Origin: an uncultured Hyphomicrobiales bacterium
GTDB lineage: Bacteria > Pseudomonadota > Alphaproteobacteria > Rhizobiales > Devosiaceae
DNA length: 64,000 nucleotides
Direction: 5' to 3'
Assembly: GCA_903842455.1 (NCBI GenBank)
Contig: CAIMLX010000266.1
Coordinates: 648 to 64,647 of the forward strand
Part shown: in pieces, positions 17,334 to 25,848 of the stretch
Layout: each line of letters starts with the position of its first letter
Position numbering within the stretch: the first letter of the stretch is position 1
Position numbers and translations under genes: made by a program
The notes under the pieces: model-generated
The model's database searches: none
What the model saw: the letters and a program-made list of their open reading frames with translations, nothing else
What the model was told of the DNA's origin: nothing

Positions 17334-19169
17334 CTAGCGCGACAAGGCCCGGATCTCCGCATTGGCTCGCCGCAGCCGTTCGGCGAGACTGGCGCCCACG
17401 GCCAGCACCAGCGCCGCATGAGTGTGCGGCCTTTCTTCGGCCAGGGCATCGAGGCCGGCCCGATCCAGCACCAGCACCCGGCCGTTGCTGGCCGCGATCA
17501 CGTCTGCCGTGCGCGGCCCCTGTCCAAACAGGGCGAGTTCGCCGAACACGGTGCCGGCCTCGACGGTGCTGACCCGGTGGCTCGGCCCGTTGCCGACCCG
17601 CACGGCGATGTCGACGTGCCCCTCGACAAGGAAGAACAGCGCGTCGGCGCGTGAATTCTGGGCGATCAGCGTCTCCCCCGGCGCGAACGAATGGCTGCGG
17701 ACGCGCATGTCCAGTTCCTTGAGCATCTTCTCGTCGAGCCCGGCCAGCATCTCGAACTCGGCGAGCGGCACCTCGCGGTCATCGGCCTTGCTCTCGGCCC
17801 GCTCCAGCAGCCGCTCCTCGAAGAACTCGAGCGCCAGGTCGATGTTGGGAAAGTGCATCTGCTGGTCGAAAGCGGCGGGATAGGCATCGGACACCGTGAC
17901 GATGGCAAAGCCCTTCCCCGCCTCCTGCAGGGTGCGGCGGGCAGTGTTGAGGAGGCCTAGCGCGACGCCGTCGAGATGCAGCACGCGGGTGAGATCAAGC
18001 ACGAAGTAGTAGGCGGTCGGCGTGTCCTCGATCAGCCGGCGGGTCACCCGCTCCGCTTCGATGAAACTCAGCTGCGCCTGGAGCTCATAGACCGAAATCA
18101 GGTGCCCGAACTGGTCCAGCTTCTTGGCCTGCTCGGGCCGGCGGACACGTTTGGAATGCACCTCGTCGCCGCGGTAGAGGCGGCGGAACGAGATCACGCC
18201 ACCGCCATGGTCCTCGAACAGGTGCAGCCGGAAGTTGGCCGAGATGTCCTCGCACACCGCCACGCCGCGGGCGCTGTTGCCGACTTCGTCGAGGCGGGGC
18301 GAGAAGGTGCCGATGCCCAGCTGGCCGGGCAGCACGGCGGTGATGCCGCCCCCTACCCCGCTCTTGGCGGGCAGGCCGATCGAGAATTGCCAGCCGCCAG
18401 CGTAGTCGTACATCCCGCAGGTGTTCATCACGCTCAGCACGGCGCGGACATTTGCCGGCGACAGGGCCCGCTTGCGGGTCACCGGGTTGACGCCGCCATT
18501 GGCGAGCGTGGCACCAATCATCGCCAGGTCGCGGGAGGTGACAAGCAGCGAGCACTGGCGGAAGTAGAGGTCGAGATGCTCGTCGACGTCGCCACCGATC
18601 ATGTTCGAGTTGAGCTCGAGATAGGCAATGGCGCGGTTGCGGTGGCCCGTGCGGCTTTCCGACCGATAGACCGCATCGTCGAGTTGCAGCACCCGCCCGG
18701 TGAAGCGCTCGAAGATATCGATGATCCGCTGGTAGCGCTCGGCATGGTCCTTGCCCTTGATCAGCGCGCTGGCGGCGATGGCACCGGCGTTCACCATCGG
18801 GTTGAACGGCCGGTTGTTCTTCTCGTCGAACACGATCGAGTTGAACGCTTCGCCCGAAGGCTCGACGCCGATGCGCTTCAGCACCTCGTCGCGTCCGTGA
18901 TCCTCCAGCGCCAGCGCGTAGACCACGGCTTTCGACACCGACTGGATGGTGAACGTCGCTTCGGTGTCGCCAACGTCGTAGACGAAGCCGTCGGCAGTGG
19001 CGAAGCTGATGGCGAAGCGGTCGGGCGGAACGGCAGCAAGCTCGGGGATGTAGGTGGCCAGCTCGCCGGAGACGTTGGGCAGATGACGACCGTAAAGGTC
19101 GTTCAGGTACCGCCAGACCGGCAGGTCGCGCGCCGCGACATCGGTCGCGCGTACACTGGTGTATTGCAT
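17334..19169 (-). CDS. glsA: Glutaminase A fused to STAS and cyclic-nucleotide-binding domains
   Basis: Start ATG 19169 (MQYTSV...). The glutaminase core has TIQSVSKAVVYALAL (Ser-x-x-Lys). A STAS-like segment follows (VYELQAQLSFIEAERV...YYFVLDLTRVLHLDGVALGLL). The C-terminal CNBD has FGELALFGQGPRTADV. Confidence 0.9.
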   Translation of the reverse strand: MQYTSVRATDVAARDLPVWRYLNDLYGRHLPNVSGELATYIPELAAVPPDRFAISFATADGFVYDVGDTEATFTIQSVSKAVVYALALEDHGRDEVLKRIGVEPSGEAFNSIVFDEKNNRPFNPMVNAGAIAASALIKGKDHAERYQRIIDIFERFTGRVLQLDDAVYRSESRTGHRNRAIAYLELNSNMIGGDVDEHLDLYFRQCSLLVTSRDLAMIGATLANGGVNPVTRKRALSPANVRAVLSVMNTCGMYDYAGGWQFSIGLPAKSGVGGGITAVLPGQLGIGTFSPRLDEVGNSARGVAVCEDISANFRLHLFEDHGGGVISFRRLYRGDEVHSKRVRRPEQAKKLDQFGHLISVYELQAQLSFIEAERVTRRLIEDTPTAYYFVLDLTRVLHLDGVALGLLNTARRTLQEAGKGFAIVTVSDAYPAAFDQQMHFPNIDLALEFFEERLLERAESKADDREVPLAEFEMLAGLDEKMLKELDMRVRSHSFAPGETLIAQNSRADALFFLVEGHVDIAVRVGNGPSHRVSTVEAGTVFGELALFGQGPRTADVIAASNGRVLVLDRAGLDALAEERPHTHAALVLAVGASLAERLRRANAEIRALSR

Positions 19170-19300
19170 ATCGTCATCTCGTCCGTGCCCAAATACGCGG
19201 CAACCTAACCACTGCACCAAACAATGGGCAATAGTTGCAACGCCGCGACGCTGGCAGGCAGCGAGCCGGGAGGGTATGTCATAGCCCGCGCAAAGGGAGC

Positions 19301-20092
19301 ATGAGCTTGGACCACCCCGCACCGAACCGACTGGCCCGGCTCCGCGCAAGGTTGCGGCTGCTCTACCATGGGCACAGCAGCGGGGCCCTGCGCTTCCAGT
19401 TCGGCGTGCTGGTGGTCGACCTGATCACCATCGCCTTCTTTATCGCGACGCCGACGATACGCGACCGGCAGTTCTTCCTGTGGGTGGATTACGCCGTAGC
19501 GTTCATCCTGCTCATCGACATGGTGGCGCGCGGTCTCGCCGCCCGCGATCCGGTCCGCTGGGCGCGACAGCCGACGACGCTCGTCGATGTCTTCGTGCTG
19601 GTGACGCTGCTGTTTCCCGCGTGGCTGGCGAACTTCGGCTTCCTGCGAATCCTGCGGCTGTGGACCTTGTCGCGCAGCGGCGTGCTCTGGCGCCCGCTGA
19701 AGGGCTTCGGTCTCGACCAGTACCAGGAATCTGGGCAGGCGGTCGTGAACCTGATCACGTTCCTGTTCCTGCTGTCCGGCTTCGTGCTGACCTTCTTCTA
19801 CAACGACGAAGCGGGCATCGCGGGCTATGTCGATGCGCTCTACTTCACCGTGGCAACCGTCACCACCACCGGTTTCGGCGACGTCACGCTGCCCGGCACA
19901 GCCGGAAAGCTGACTTCGATCGTGGCGATGATCGTCGGCATCACCCTGTTCGTGCGGCTGGCCCAATCGGTGTTCAGGCCGCACAAGGTGAGTTTCCCGT
20001 GCCCGCAATGTGGCCTCAGCCGGCACGAACCGGATGCGGTGCACTGCAAGGCCTGCGGCCACGTCCTCAACATCCCCGACGAAGGCCGCTGA
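19301..20092 (+). CDS. 6-TM voltage-sensor-type K+ channel with C-terminal CxxC-N11-CxxC zinc ribbon
   Basis: ATG 19301 is preceded by AAGGGAG. The selectivity filter is TVATVTTTGFGDV and the S4-like helix is FLRILRLWTLSRS. The tail is CPQCGLSRHEPDAVHCKACG (nt 20000-20059). Confidence 0.85.
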   Translation: MSLDHPAPNRLARLRARLRLLYHGHSSGALRFQFGVLVVDLITIAFFIATPTIRDRQFFLWVDYAVAFILLIDMVARGLAARDPVRWARQPTTLVDVFVLVTLLFPAWLANFGFLRILRLWTLSRSGVLWRPLKGFGLDQYQESGQAVVNLITFLFLLSGFVLTFFYNDEAGIAGYVDALYFTVATVTTTGFGDVTLPGTAGKLTSIVAMIVGITLFVRLAQSVFRPHKVSFPCPQCGLSRHEPDAVHCKACGHVLNIPDEGR

Positions 20093-20104
20093 ACCGTCGG
20101 CCCG

Positions 20105-20290
20105 CTACATCTCGTCGAAGGCCACGCCGCCGCGCATCTTGTCCGACTTCGGGCTCTCGACGATCTGCACCACCACCCGCTCGGCCGGAACGGCGAAGTT
20201 CCGCACCACTGCCTCGGTGATGTCGCGCATCAGCGCCTTCTTGCTCTCGGCGCTGCGGCCTTCGACGATGTGGACGAGGATTTCCGGCAC
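20105..20290 (-). CDS. 4-oxalocrotonate tautomerase family protein
   Basis: 61 aa. MPEILVHIVEGRS retains the catalytic Pro-1 and fits the typical beta-alpha-beta length. Confidence 0.8.
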   Translation of the reverse strand: MPEILVHIVEGRSAESKKALMRDITEAVVRNFAVPAERVVVQIVESPKSDKMRGGVAFDEM

Positions 20291-20294
20291 GCCG

Positions 20295-20531
20295 TCAGGT
20301 CTTCCCGGCGGCGGCTGCCTCTTCGCGTTCCTTGGCCTCGCGCATGCGAATCTCGTGAACAGAGGTCCCCATATGGCCCCAGTTCTTGTTCTCGACTTCT
20401 TCGATGACGACGAACGTGTACTCGGGCTTCTTGTTCAGGATGCGCTGCAGCATCTCGGTGGTTTCCTTGTAGATCTGCAGCTTCTGTTCGTAGGTGGCGC
20501 CGTCAGTAATCTCGATGCGAACGTAAGGCAT
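20295..20531 (-). CDS. 4-oxalocrotonate tautomerase family protein with charged C-terminal tail
   Basis: 78 aa. MPYVRIEITDGATYEQK retains Pro-1. It lies 4 nt upstream of the second tautomerase gene. Confidence 0.75.
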   Translation of the reverse strand: MPYVRIEITDGATYEQKLQIYKETTEMLQRILNKKPEYTFVVIEEVENKNWGHMGTSVHEIRMREAKEREEAAAAGKT

Positions 20532-20582
20532 ATGGTCAATCCCCTCAGAATACCGAGAGAATTGACCATTGATGCACGTCCG

Positions 20583-22658
20583 TCAATCGAGCGGATCGAA
20601 GCTTTTCTTCTTTGGCGGCTTGACGCCGGCATCGGCCGGCGGCTCGTGCTTCACCCGGTTCTTGTACTTGGGCTTGCCCTTGTCCTTTGAATTCGGGCCC
20701 TTCAGCTTGGCAGGACGCGGGCGCTCTGCGGGCGCCTCGGCCACGGCGGGGGCTGCCTCGCTGACCGGCATCGAGTCCAGCTTGGCCCCCTTGTCCGTCC
20801 GCACCTTGTAGTGGGGACCGTCCTCGCGTGGCTTGTACTGACGTGTGCCGCGATGGGCGAAGGGGGCGACAAACTCCCCGGTGGCCTTGCGTTCGCGCTG
20901 TGGCGCGCCGTCATCACGCGGCTTGTACTCGCGGCGCGGGCGGTCATCAGCGCCCTGGGTCCGGTCGCTACGCGGCTTGTACTCGCGGCGTGGCGTCTGT
21001 TCCCGATACTGAGGCGGCGTATCGCCACTGGCCGGCGAGATGCTCACCTCGCCCCCCGCCTTCGCGACCTTCTCGGCAAAGCTCGCGGCCTTGTCCGAGG
21101 AAATCTCGAAGCGCGTCTCGGTGTCGCCGATCTTGATCGAGCCGATATCCGCCTTCACCACGTCACCGGCCTTGCAGATCATCGGCAGGATCCACTTGGG
21201 GTCGGCGCGCTGCTTGCGACCGATCGGCATGACGAACCACTGCCCGCCCTGCATCGGGGCGCGCGGCGTCCGTGTTTCGCGCGCTTCAGTGGGACCATCG
21301 TCGAATCGACCACGGGCCGGCTTTTCGTTGATCGGCGGGATGCGGTCTTCGGACACGTCCTCGGCGGCCGGACGGCTGGCCAGTTCGCGGCGGAGGTAGG
21401 CGGCGGCGAGCTGCTCGGGCGTCAGCAGCGTCATCAGCTCGGCGACCAGCGCCGTCTCGCTCTCGTCCGGCGGCGCGATCGCCTGGGCGCGCGCCAGCAT
21501 CTGGTCGTGGTTGTGCCGCTCGATCTCGGCGATGGTCGGCGCACCGCGTTCAGAGGATTTGATGTTGGCGTAGCCGAGGGTCCGCGCCACAGCCTTGCGG
21601 CGATGCATCGGCACGATCAGCACGCAGGTGCCCTTGCGGCCGGCACGGCCGGTTCGACCCGAGCGGTGCGTCAGCGTCTCGGGGTTGGACGGGATGTCGG
21701 CGTGGATGACGAGGTTGAGGTTGGGAAGGTCGATGCCGCGGGCCGCGACGTCGGTCGCCACGCAGACGCGGGCGCGACCGTCGCGCATGGCCTGCAGCGC
21801 ATTCGAGCGCTCGGCCTGTGTCAGTTCGCCGGACAGGTGCACGACGGCGAAACCGCGGTTGCCGAGTCGCGCCGCCAGGTGCTTGGTCGCCTCGCGGGTG
21901 TGGCAGAACACCAGGGTGTTGCTGTCATCGTAGAGCAGCAGGGTGTTGATGATGGCGTGCTCGCGTTCGTCGGAGCGCACCAGCACCTGCACGTAGTCGA
22001 TGTCGGCGTGCCGCTCGTGCGCGGCGGTCGCTGTCAGACGCAGCGCGTCGTTCTGGAAGCTCTGCGCCAGTTCGGCGATCGCCTTGGGCACCGTGGCGGA
22101 GAACAGCAGCGTGCGCCGGCCCTCTGGCGCGGCGGCGAGGATGAATTCGAGGTCGTCGCGGAAGCCCAGGTCGAGCATCTCGTCGGCCTCGTCGAGTACC
22201 ACCGCCCGGATGTTGGTGAGATCGAGCGCGCCCTTGCTGATGTGATCGCGCAGGCGGCCCGGCGTGCCGACGACGATATGCGCGCCGCGTTCCAGCGCCC
22301 GCCGCTCGGTGCGGATGTCCATGCCGCCGACGCCGGCGGCGATCCTCGCGCCCGTGTCGGCGTAGAGCCACTGCAGTTCGCGCTGCACCTGCAGCGCCAA
22401 CTCGCGGGTCGGGGCGATCAGCAGCGCCAGCGGTGCACCCGCATCGCCGAGAGTCGCTTCATCGCCCAGCAGCGTTGGCGCGATGGCCATGCCGAAGGCG
22501 ACAGTCTTGCCCGAGCCGGTCTGCGCCGAAACCAGCAGGTCGCGGCCTGCCGCGTCCTCGCCGAGAACGGCAAGCTGGACGGGCGTCAGCTCGTCATAGC
22601 CTTTTTCGGCCAATGCGGTGGCGAGGGCGGGATGGATTGATTCAGGCAGCATGGTCAC
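20583..22658 (-). CDS. DEAD-box ATP-dependent RNA helicase with DbpA-like RNA-binding domain and basic repeat tail
   Basis: Motifs AQTGSGKT, DEAD (VLDEADEML), SAT and HRSGRTGRAG are present. The C-terminal region has RREYKPR repeats and a Lys-rich end. The start is GTG 22658 or ATG 22652. Confidence 0.95.
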   Translation of the reverse strand: MTMLPESIHPALATALAEKGYDELTPVQLAVLGEDAAGRDLLVSAQTGSGKTVAFGMAIAPTLLGDEATLGDAGAPLALLIAPTRELALQVQRELQWLYADTGARIAAGVGGMDIRTERRALERGAHIVVGTPGRLRDHISKGALDLTNIRAVVLDEADEMLDLGFRDDLEFILAAAPEGRRTLLFSATVPKAIAELAQSFQNDALRLTATAAHERHADIDYVQVLVRSDEREHAIINTLLLYDDSNTLVFCHTREATKHLAARLGNRGFAVVHLSGELTQAERSNALQAMRDGRARVCVATDVAARGIDLPNLNLVIHADIPSNPETLTHRSGRTGRAGRKGTCVLIVPMHRRKAVARTLGYANIKSSERGAPTIAEIERHNHDQMLARAQAIAPPDESETALVAELMTLLTPEQLAAAYLRRELASRPAAEDVSEDRIPPINEKPARGRFDDGPTEARETRTPRAPMQGGQWFVMPIGRKQRADPKWILPMICKAGDVVKADIGSIKIGDTETRFEISSDKAASFAEKVAKAGGEVSISPASGDTPPQYREQTPRREYKPRSDRTQGADDRPRREYKPRDDGAPQRERKATGEFVAPFAHRGTRQYKPREDGPHYKVRTDKGAKLDSMPVSEAAPAVAEAPAERPRPAKLKGPNSKDKGKPKYKNRVKHEPPADAGVKPPKKKSFDPLD

Positions 22659-22800
22659 ATGATCTTTCTGGCATTGCGCCAGGACCCCGACCGCAATGGC
22701 AACGGGGTCCGAAGGGGAGCCGGATCGTATGACTTCGGCCCACCCCTAGCCTCGGCCCAATTCGGGACGAGGGCATCAGGCCCCTGCATGCAACCACTGG

Positions 22801-22830
22801 CAAAACAAAAGGGCCGCCCGGAGGCGGCCC
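22801..22830 (-). terminator. Rho-independent terminator of ndk
   Basis: On the minus strand GGGCCGCC-TCCG-GGCGGCCC is followed by TTTTGTTTTG, 28 nt after the ndk stop. Confidence 0.7.
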
Positions 22831-22857
22831 TCGGAACTTTCTATCAGCCGGCCGAAA

Positions 22858-23280
22858 TCAGCCGACGATCTCGTCGTCGCCAAAGAAGAACTTGATCTCG
22901 ATGGCGGCGTTCTCGGGGCTATCCGAACCGTGCACCGAGTTCTCGCCCATGTTGAGCGCGAATTCCTTGCGGATGGTGCCCTCGGCAGCGTTGGCCGGGT
23001 TGGTGGCGCCCATGATCTCGCGGTTGGCGAGGACGGCGTTCTCGCCTTCCAGCACCTGGATCACGACGGGCGAAGCGATCATCTGCTCGACCAGTTCGCC
23101 AAAGAACGGGCGTTCCTTGTGCACGGCGTAGAAGCCTTCGGCCTGCGCGCGGGTCATCTGGATCTTCTTGAGCGCGACGGGCTTCAGGCCCTTCTCCTCG
23201 AACTTGGTGAGGATCTTGCCGATCAGGTTACGACGGACGGCATCGGGTTTGATGATCGAAAAAGTGCGCTCAATGGCCAT
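22858..23280 (-). CDS. ndk: Nucleoside diphosphate kinase
   Basis: 140 aa from ATG 23280: [15 protein letters not shown]...NSVHGSDS (active-site His). The longer 320-aa ORF in the track is an upstream artefact. Confidence 0.97.
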   Translation of the reverse strand: MAIERTFSIIKPDAVRRNLIGKILTKFEEKGLKPVALKKIQMTRAQAEGFYAVHKERPFFGELVEQMIASPVVIQVLEGENAVLANREIMGATNPANAAEGTIRKEFALNMGENSVHGSDSPENAAIEIKFFFGDDEIVG

Positions 23281-23374
23281 ATGTCTGGTCCTTGGATGGG
23301 TCTGGAATGGGTCGCGCCTTGTATCCAAGGGATTTGACGGGCGCAAGACACCGTGAGTCGACCGAGCCCGGGGG

Positions 23375-23788
23375 CTAGAACGACTCGCCTTTCGCCGAGC
23401 AATCGACGCCATCGGCGAGAACCGGAACTGTCTCCTGGCCCTGCGGCTCGAGCTGGGGGTTGAGCAGCGTGATGACGAGCTCGGCCGTATCGGGCGCGAT
23501 GCCGATGGTCTTCTGCACATGGTTGGGAACGATCTGCATCGTGCACATCTCTGCGGTTGCCTTCGAGGCGATGACGACCGTGGCGCTGGTTCCGTCCAGT
23601 TCGACCCGCGGCTCGAGCGCTTCGGTCGTCTCGCAGCTGCCGCCCTCGTAGACCATCCGGATGACGGCGCTGGTATCGTCGATGCGGCAAGCCTCAACGG
23701 AGGTGAAGCCGGGCAAGTCCTGCGCCAGGGCCGGAAGCGTGGCGAGCCCGCAGAGCAGTGCTGCAATCCTGATGATCCGCGTCGGCAT
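23375..23788 (-). CDS. Hypothetical small periplasmic Cys-containing protein
   Basis: 137 aa. GGGAG lies before the ATG. The signal peptide is [17 protein letters not shown] and the mature part has 4 Cys. No family recognised. Confidence 0.65.
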   Translation of the reverse strand: MPTRIIRIAALLCGLATLPALAQDLPGFTSVEACRIDDTSAVIRMVYEGGSCETTEALEPRVELDGTSATVVIASKATAEMCTMQIVPNHVQKTIGIAPDTAELVITLLNPQLEPQGQETVPVLADGVDCSAKGESF

Positions 23789-23886
23789 TGGACATCTCCC
23801 TCACTTACCGATAACTGCACCGGTCAATACCGACATGCCCAGAACTATTTTAGACGCGCAGGTCGGACGCGCCGAGACGGATTGCC

Positions 23887-25776
23887 ATGCTGACCATCAA
23901 CAACCTCCACTACCGCATCCAGGGCCGCCCGCTGTTCGAAGAGGCGAGCCTCGTGCTGCCCGACGGGGTGAAGGCCGGCTTTGTCGGCAAGAACGGCACC
24001 GGCAAGACCACGCTGTTCCAGCTGATCCAGGGCTTCATCGCCCCCGAGCAGGGCAGCATCGAGGTCAACCGCAAGGCCCGCATCGGCGCCGTGGCGCAGG
24101 AAGCGACCGCCGGCGACATCAGCGTGCTCGACGTGGTGCTGTCGGCCGACAAGGAGCGCACGGCGCTGCTCGCCGAGGCCGAGACGGCGATGGACCCGCA
24201 CCGCATCGGCGACATCCACATCCGCCTCGCCGAGATCGACGCCCACACCGCGGAAGCGCGCGCCTCCACCATCCTCAAGGGCCTCGGCTTCGAGAAGGAC
24301 CGGCAGCTCGCGCCGACCTCGGAACTCTCTGGCGGTTGGCGGATGCGCGTGTCACTGGCGGGCGTGCTCTTCAGCCAGCCCGACCTGCTGCTGCTCGACG
24401 AGCCGACCAACTATCTCGACCTCGAAGGCACGCTGTGGCTCGAGAAGTATCTCGCGACCTACCCCTACACCGTGTTCATGATCAGCCACGATCGTGACCT
24501 GCTGAACAAGGCCGTCACCTCGATCGTGCATCTCGAGCACAAGAAGCTCACCTATTACAAAGGCAACTACGACACGTTCGAAGAGACCCGTCGCATGCAG
24601 ATGGAGCTCAACAACAAGTCGCGCGAGAAGACCCTCGACCACATCGCGCACCTGCAGAAATTCGTCGATCGCTTCAAGGCCAAGGCCACAAAGGCCGCGC
24701 AGGCGCAATCGCGCATGAAGATGATCGAGAAGCTGAAGCCGCCGGCGGCCATGTTCGACGAGACCTCGCTCCCCTTCAACTTCCCCACTCCCAAGAAGGT
24801 GCCGTCCTCGCCGATGATCACTTTCGAAGGCGTGTCGGTGGGTTACGGCGAAAAGGTCATCCTCCGCCACATCACCAACCGGATCGACCCCGACGACCGC
24901 ATCGCGCTGATCGGCGTGAACGGCAACGGCAAGTCGACCTTCGCCAAGCTCCTGGCCGGCGACCTCAAGCCGATGGGCGGCGAGATGCGCAAGGGCAAGG
25001 GGCTCGAGATCGCCTATTTCGCCCAGCACCAGCTCGACAAGCTGAAGCCGGAGCAGTCGCCGTTCGAGCATGTGGTCGACCTGATGCCCCATGACAGCGA
25101 GGCGAAGCGCCGCTCGCGCGTCGCGCAGATGGGGCTCACCACCTCGCGCATGGACACCAAGGTGAAGAACCTGTCGGGTGGAGAGCGGGCGCGGCTGATG
25201 CTGGGGCTCATCACCTTCGGCGGCCCGGGCATGCTGATCCTCGACGAGCCGACCAACCACCTCGATATCGACAGCCGCGACGCGCTGGTCGCCGCGCTCA
25301 ACGATTACACCGGCGCCGTGCTGATCATCAGCCACGACCGCCACCTGATCGATGCGACCGTCGACAAGCTGTGGATCGCCCAGAACGGCACCATCGAGGA
25401 ATACGACTACGACCTCGACGCCTACCAGAAGATGCTCACCGGCAAGGACGGCAGCGGCAAGGGCAAGAAGGGTGGCAAGGACGCCCCTGCCCCGATGGAC
25501 GACAAGAAGGGCCAACGGCAGGACGCCGCGCAGAAGCGCGCCGAAGTGGCGCCGCTGCGCAAGTCGATCAAGGACCTCGAACAGAAGCTGGCGCGGCTGC
25601 AGACCGAACTGGCGCGCGTCGACCTCATCCTCGCCGATCCCAAGATCTACGACGGGGCTCCCGAGCGGGTGATCCTGCTGGGCAAGGACAAAGCCCGCTT
25701 CGAGAGCGAGATCGCCACGGTCGAGGAGCGCTGGCTCTCCCTCAGCGCCCAGCTCGAGGACGCACAGCGCGCATGA
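23887..25776 (+). CDS. ABC-F family ATPase (two ABC domains, no TMD)
   Basis: Walker A GKNGTGKTT and GVNGNGKST, signatures LSGGWRMRVSLA and LSGGERARLMLG, a Lys-rich linker and a C-terminal coiled coil. Confidence 0.95.
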   Translation: MLTINNLHYRIQGRPLFEEASLVLPDGVKAGFVGKNGTGKTTLFQLIQGFIAPEQGSIEVNRKARIGAVAQEATAGDISVLDVVLSADKERTALLAEAETAMDPHRIGDIHIRLAEIDAHTAEARASTILKGLGFEKDRQLAPTSELSGGWRMRVSLAGVLFSQPDLLLLDEPTNYLDLEGTLWLEKYLATYPYTVFMISHDRDLLNKAVTSIVHLEHKKLTYYKGNYDTFEETRRMQMELNNKSREKTLDHIAHLQKFVDRFKAKATKAAQAQSRMKMIEKLKPPAAMFDETSLPFNFPTPKKVPSSPMITFEGVSVGYGEKVILRHITNRIDPDDRIALIGVNGNGKSTFAKLLAGDLKPMGGEMRKGKGLEIAYFAQHQLDKLKPEQSPFEHVVDLMPHDSEAKRRSRVAQMGLTTSRMDTKVKNLSGGERARLMLGLITFGGPGMLILDEPTNHLDIDSRDALVAALNDYTGAVLIISHDRHLIDATVDKLWIAQNGTIEEYDYDLDAYQKMLTGKDGSGKGKKGGKDAPAPMDDKKGQRQDAAQKRAEVAPLRKSIKDLEQKLARLQTELARVDLILADPKIYDGAPERVILLGKDKARFESEIATVEERWLSLSAQLEDAQRA

Positions 25777-25848
25777 TCCGCCCGCGCATTGCAGTATAGG
25801 ATACCACCCGATCCACGGATTCCGGCCTTGTCCAAACTCATACCGTTC

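Noticed and set aside
22682-22710. Hairpin GGACCCCG-N13-CGGGGTCC in the DEAD-box helicase 5' UTR as a riboswitch or thermosensor
   Set aside because: A single 8-bp stem with no recognisable conserved motif cannot be distinguished from an incidental structure. It is noted only as part of a leader of about 150 nt or more.
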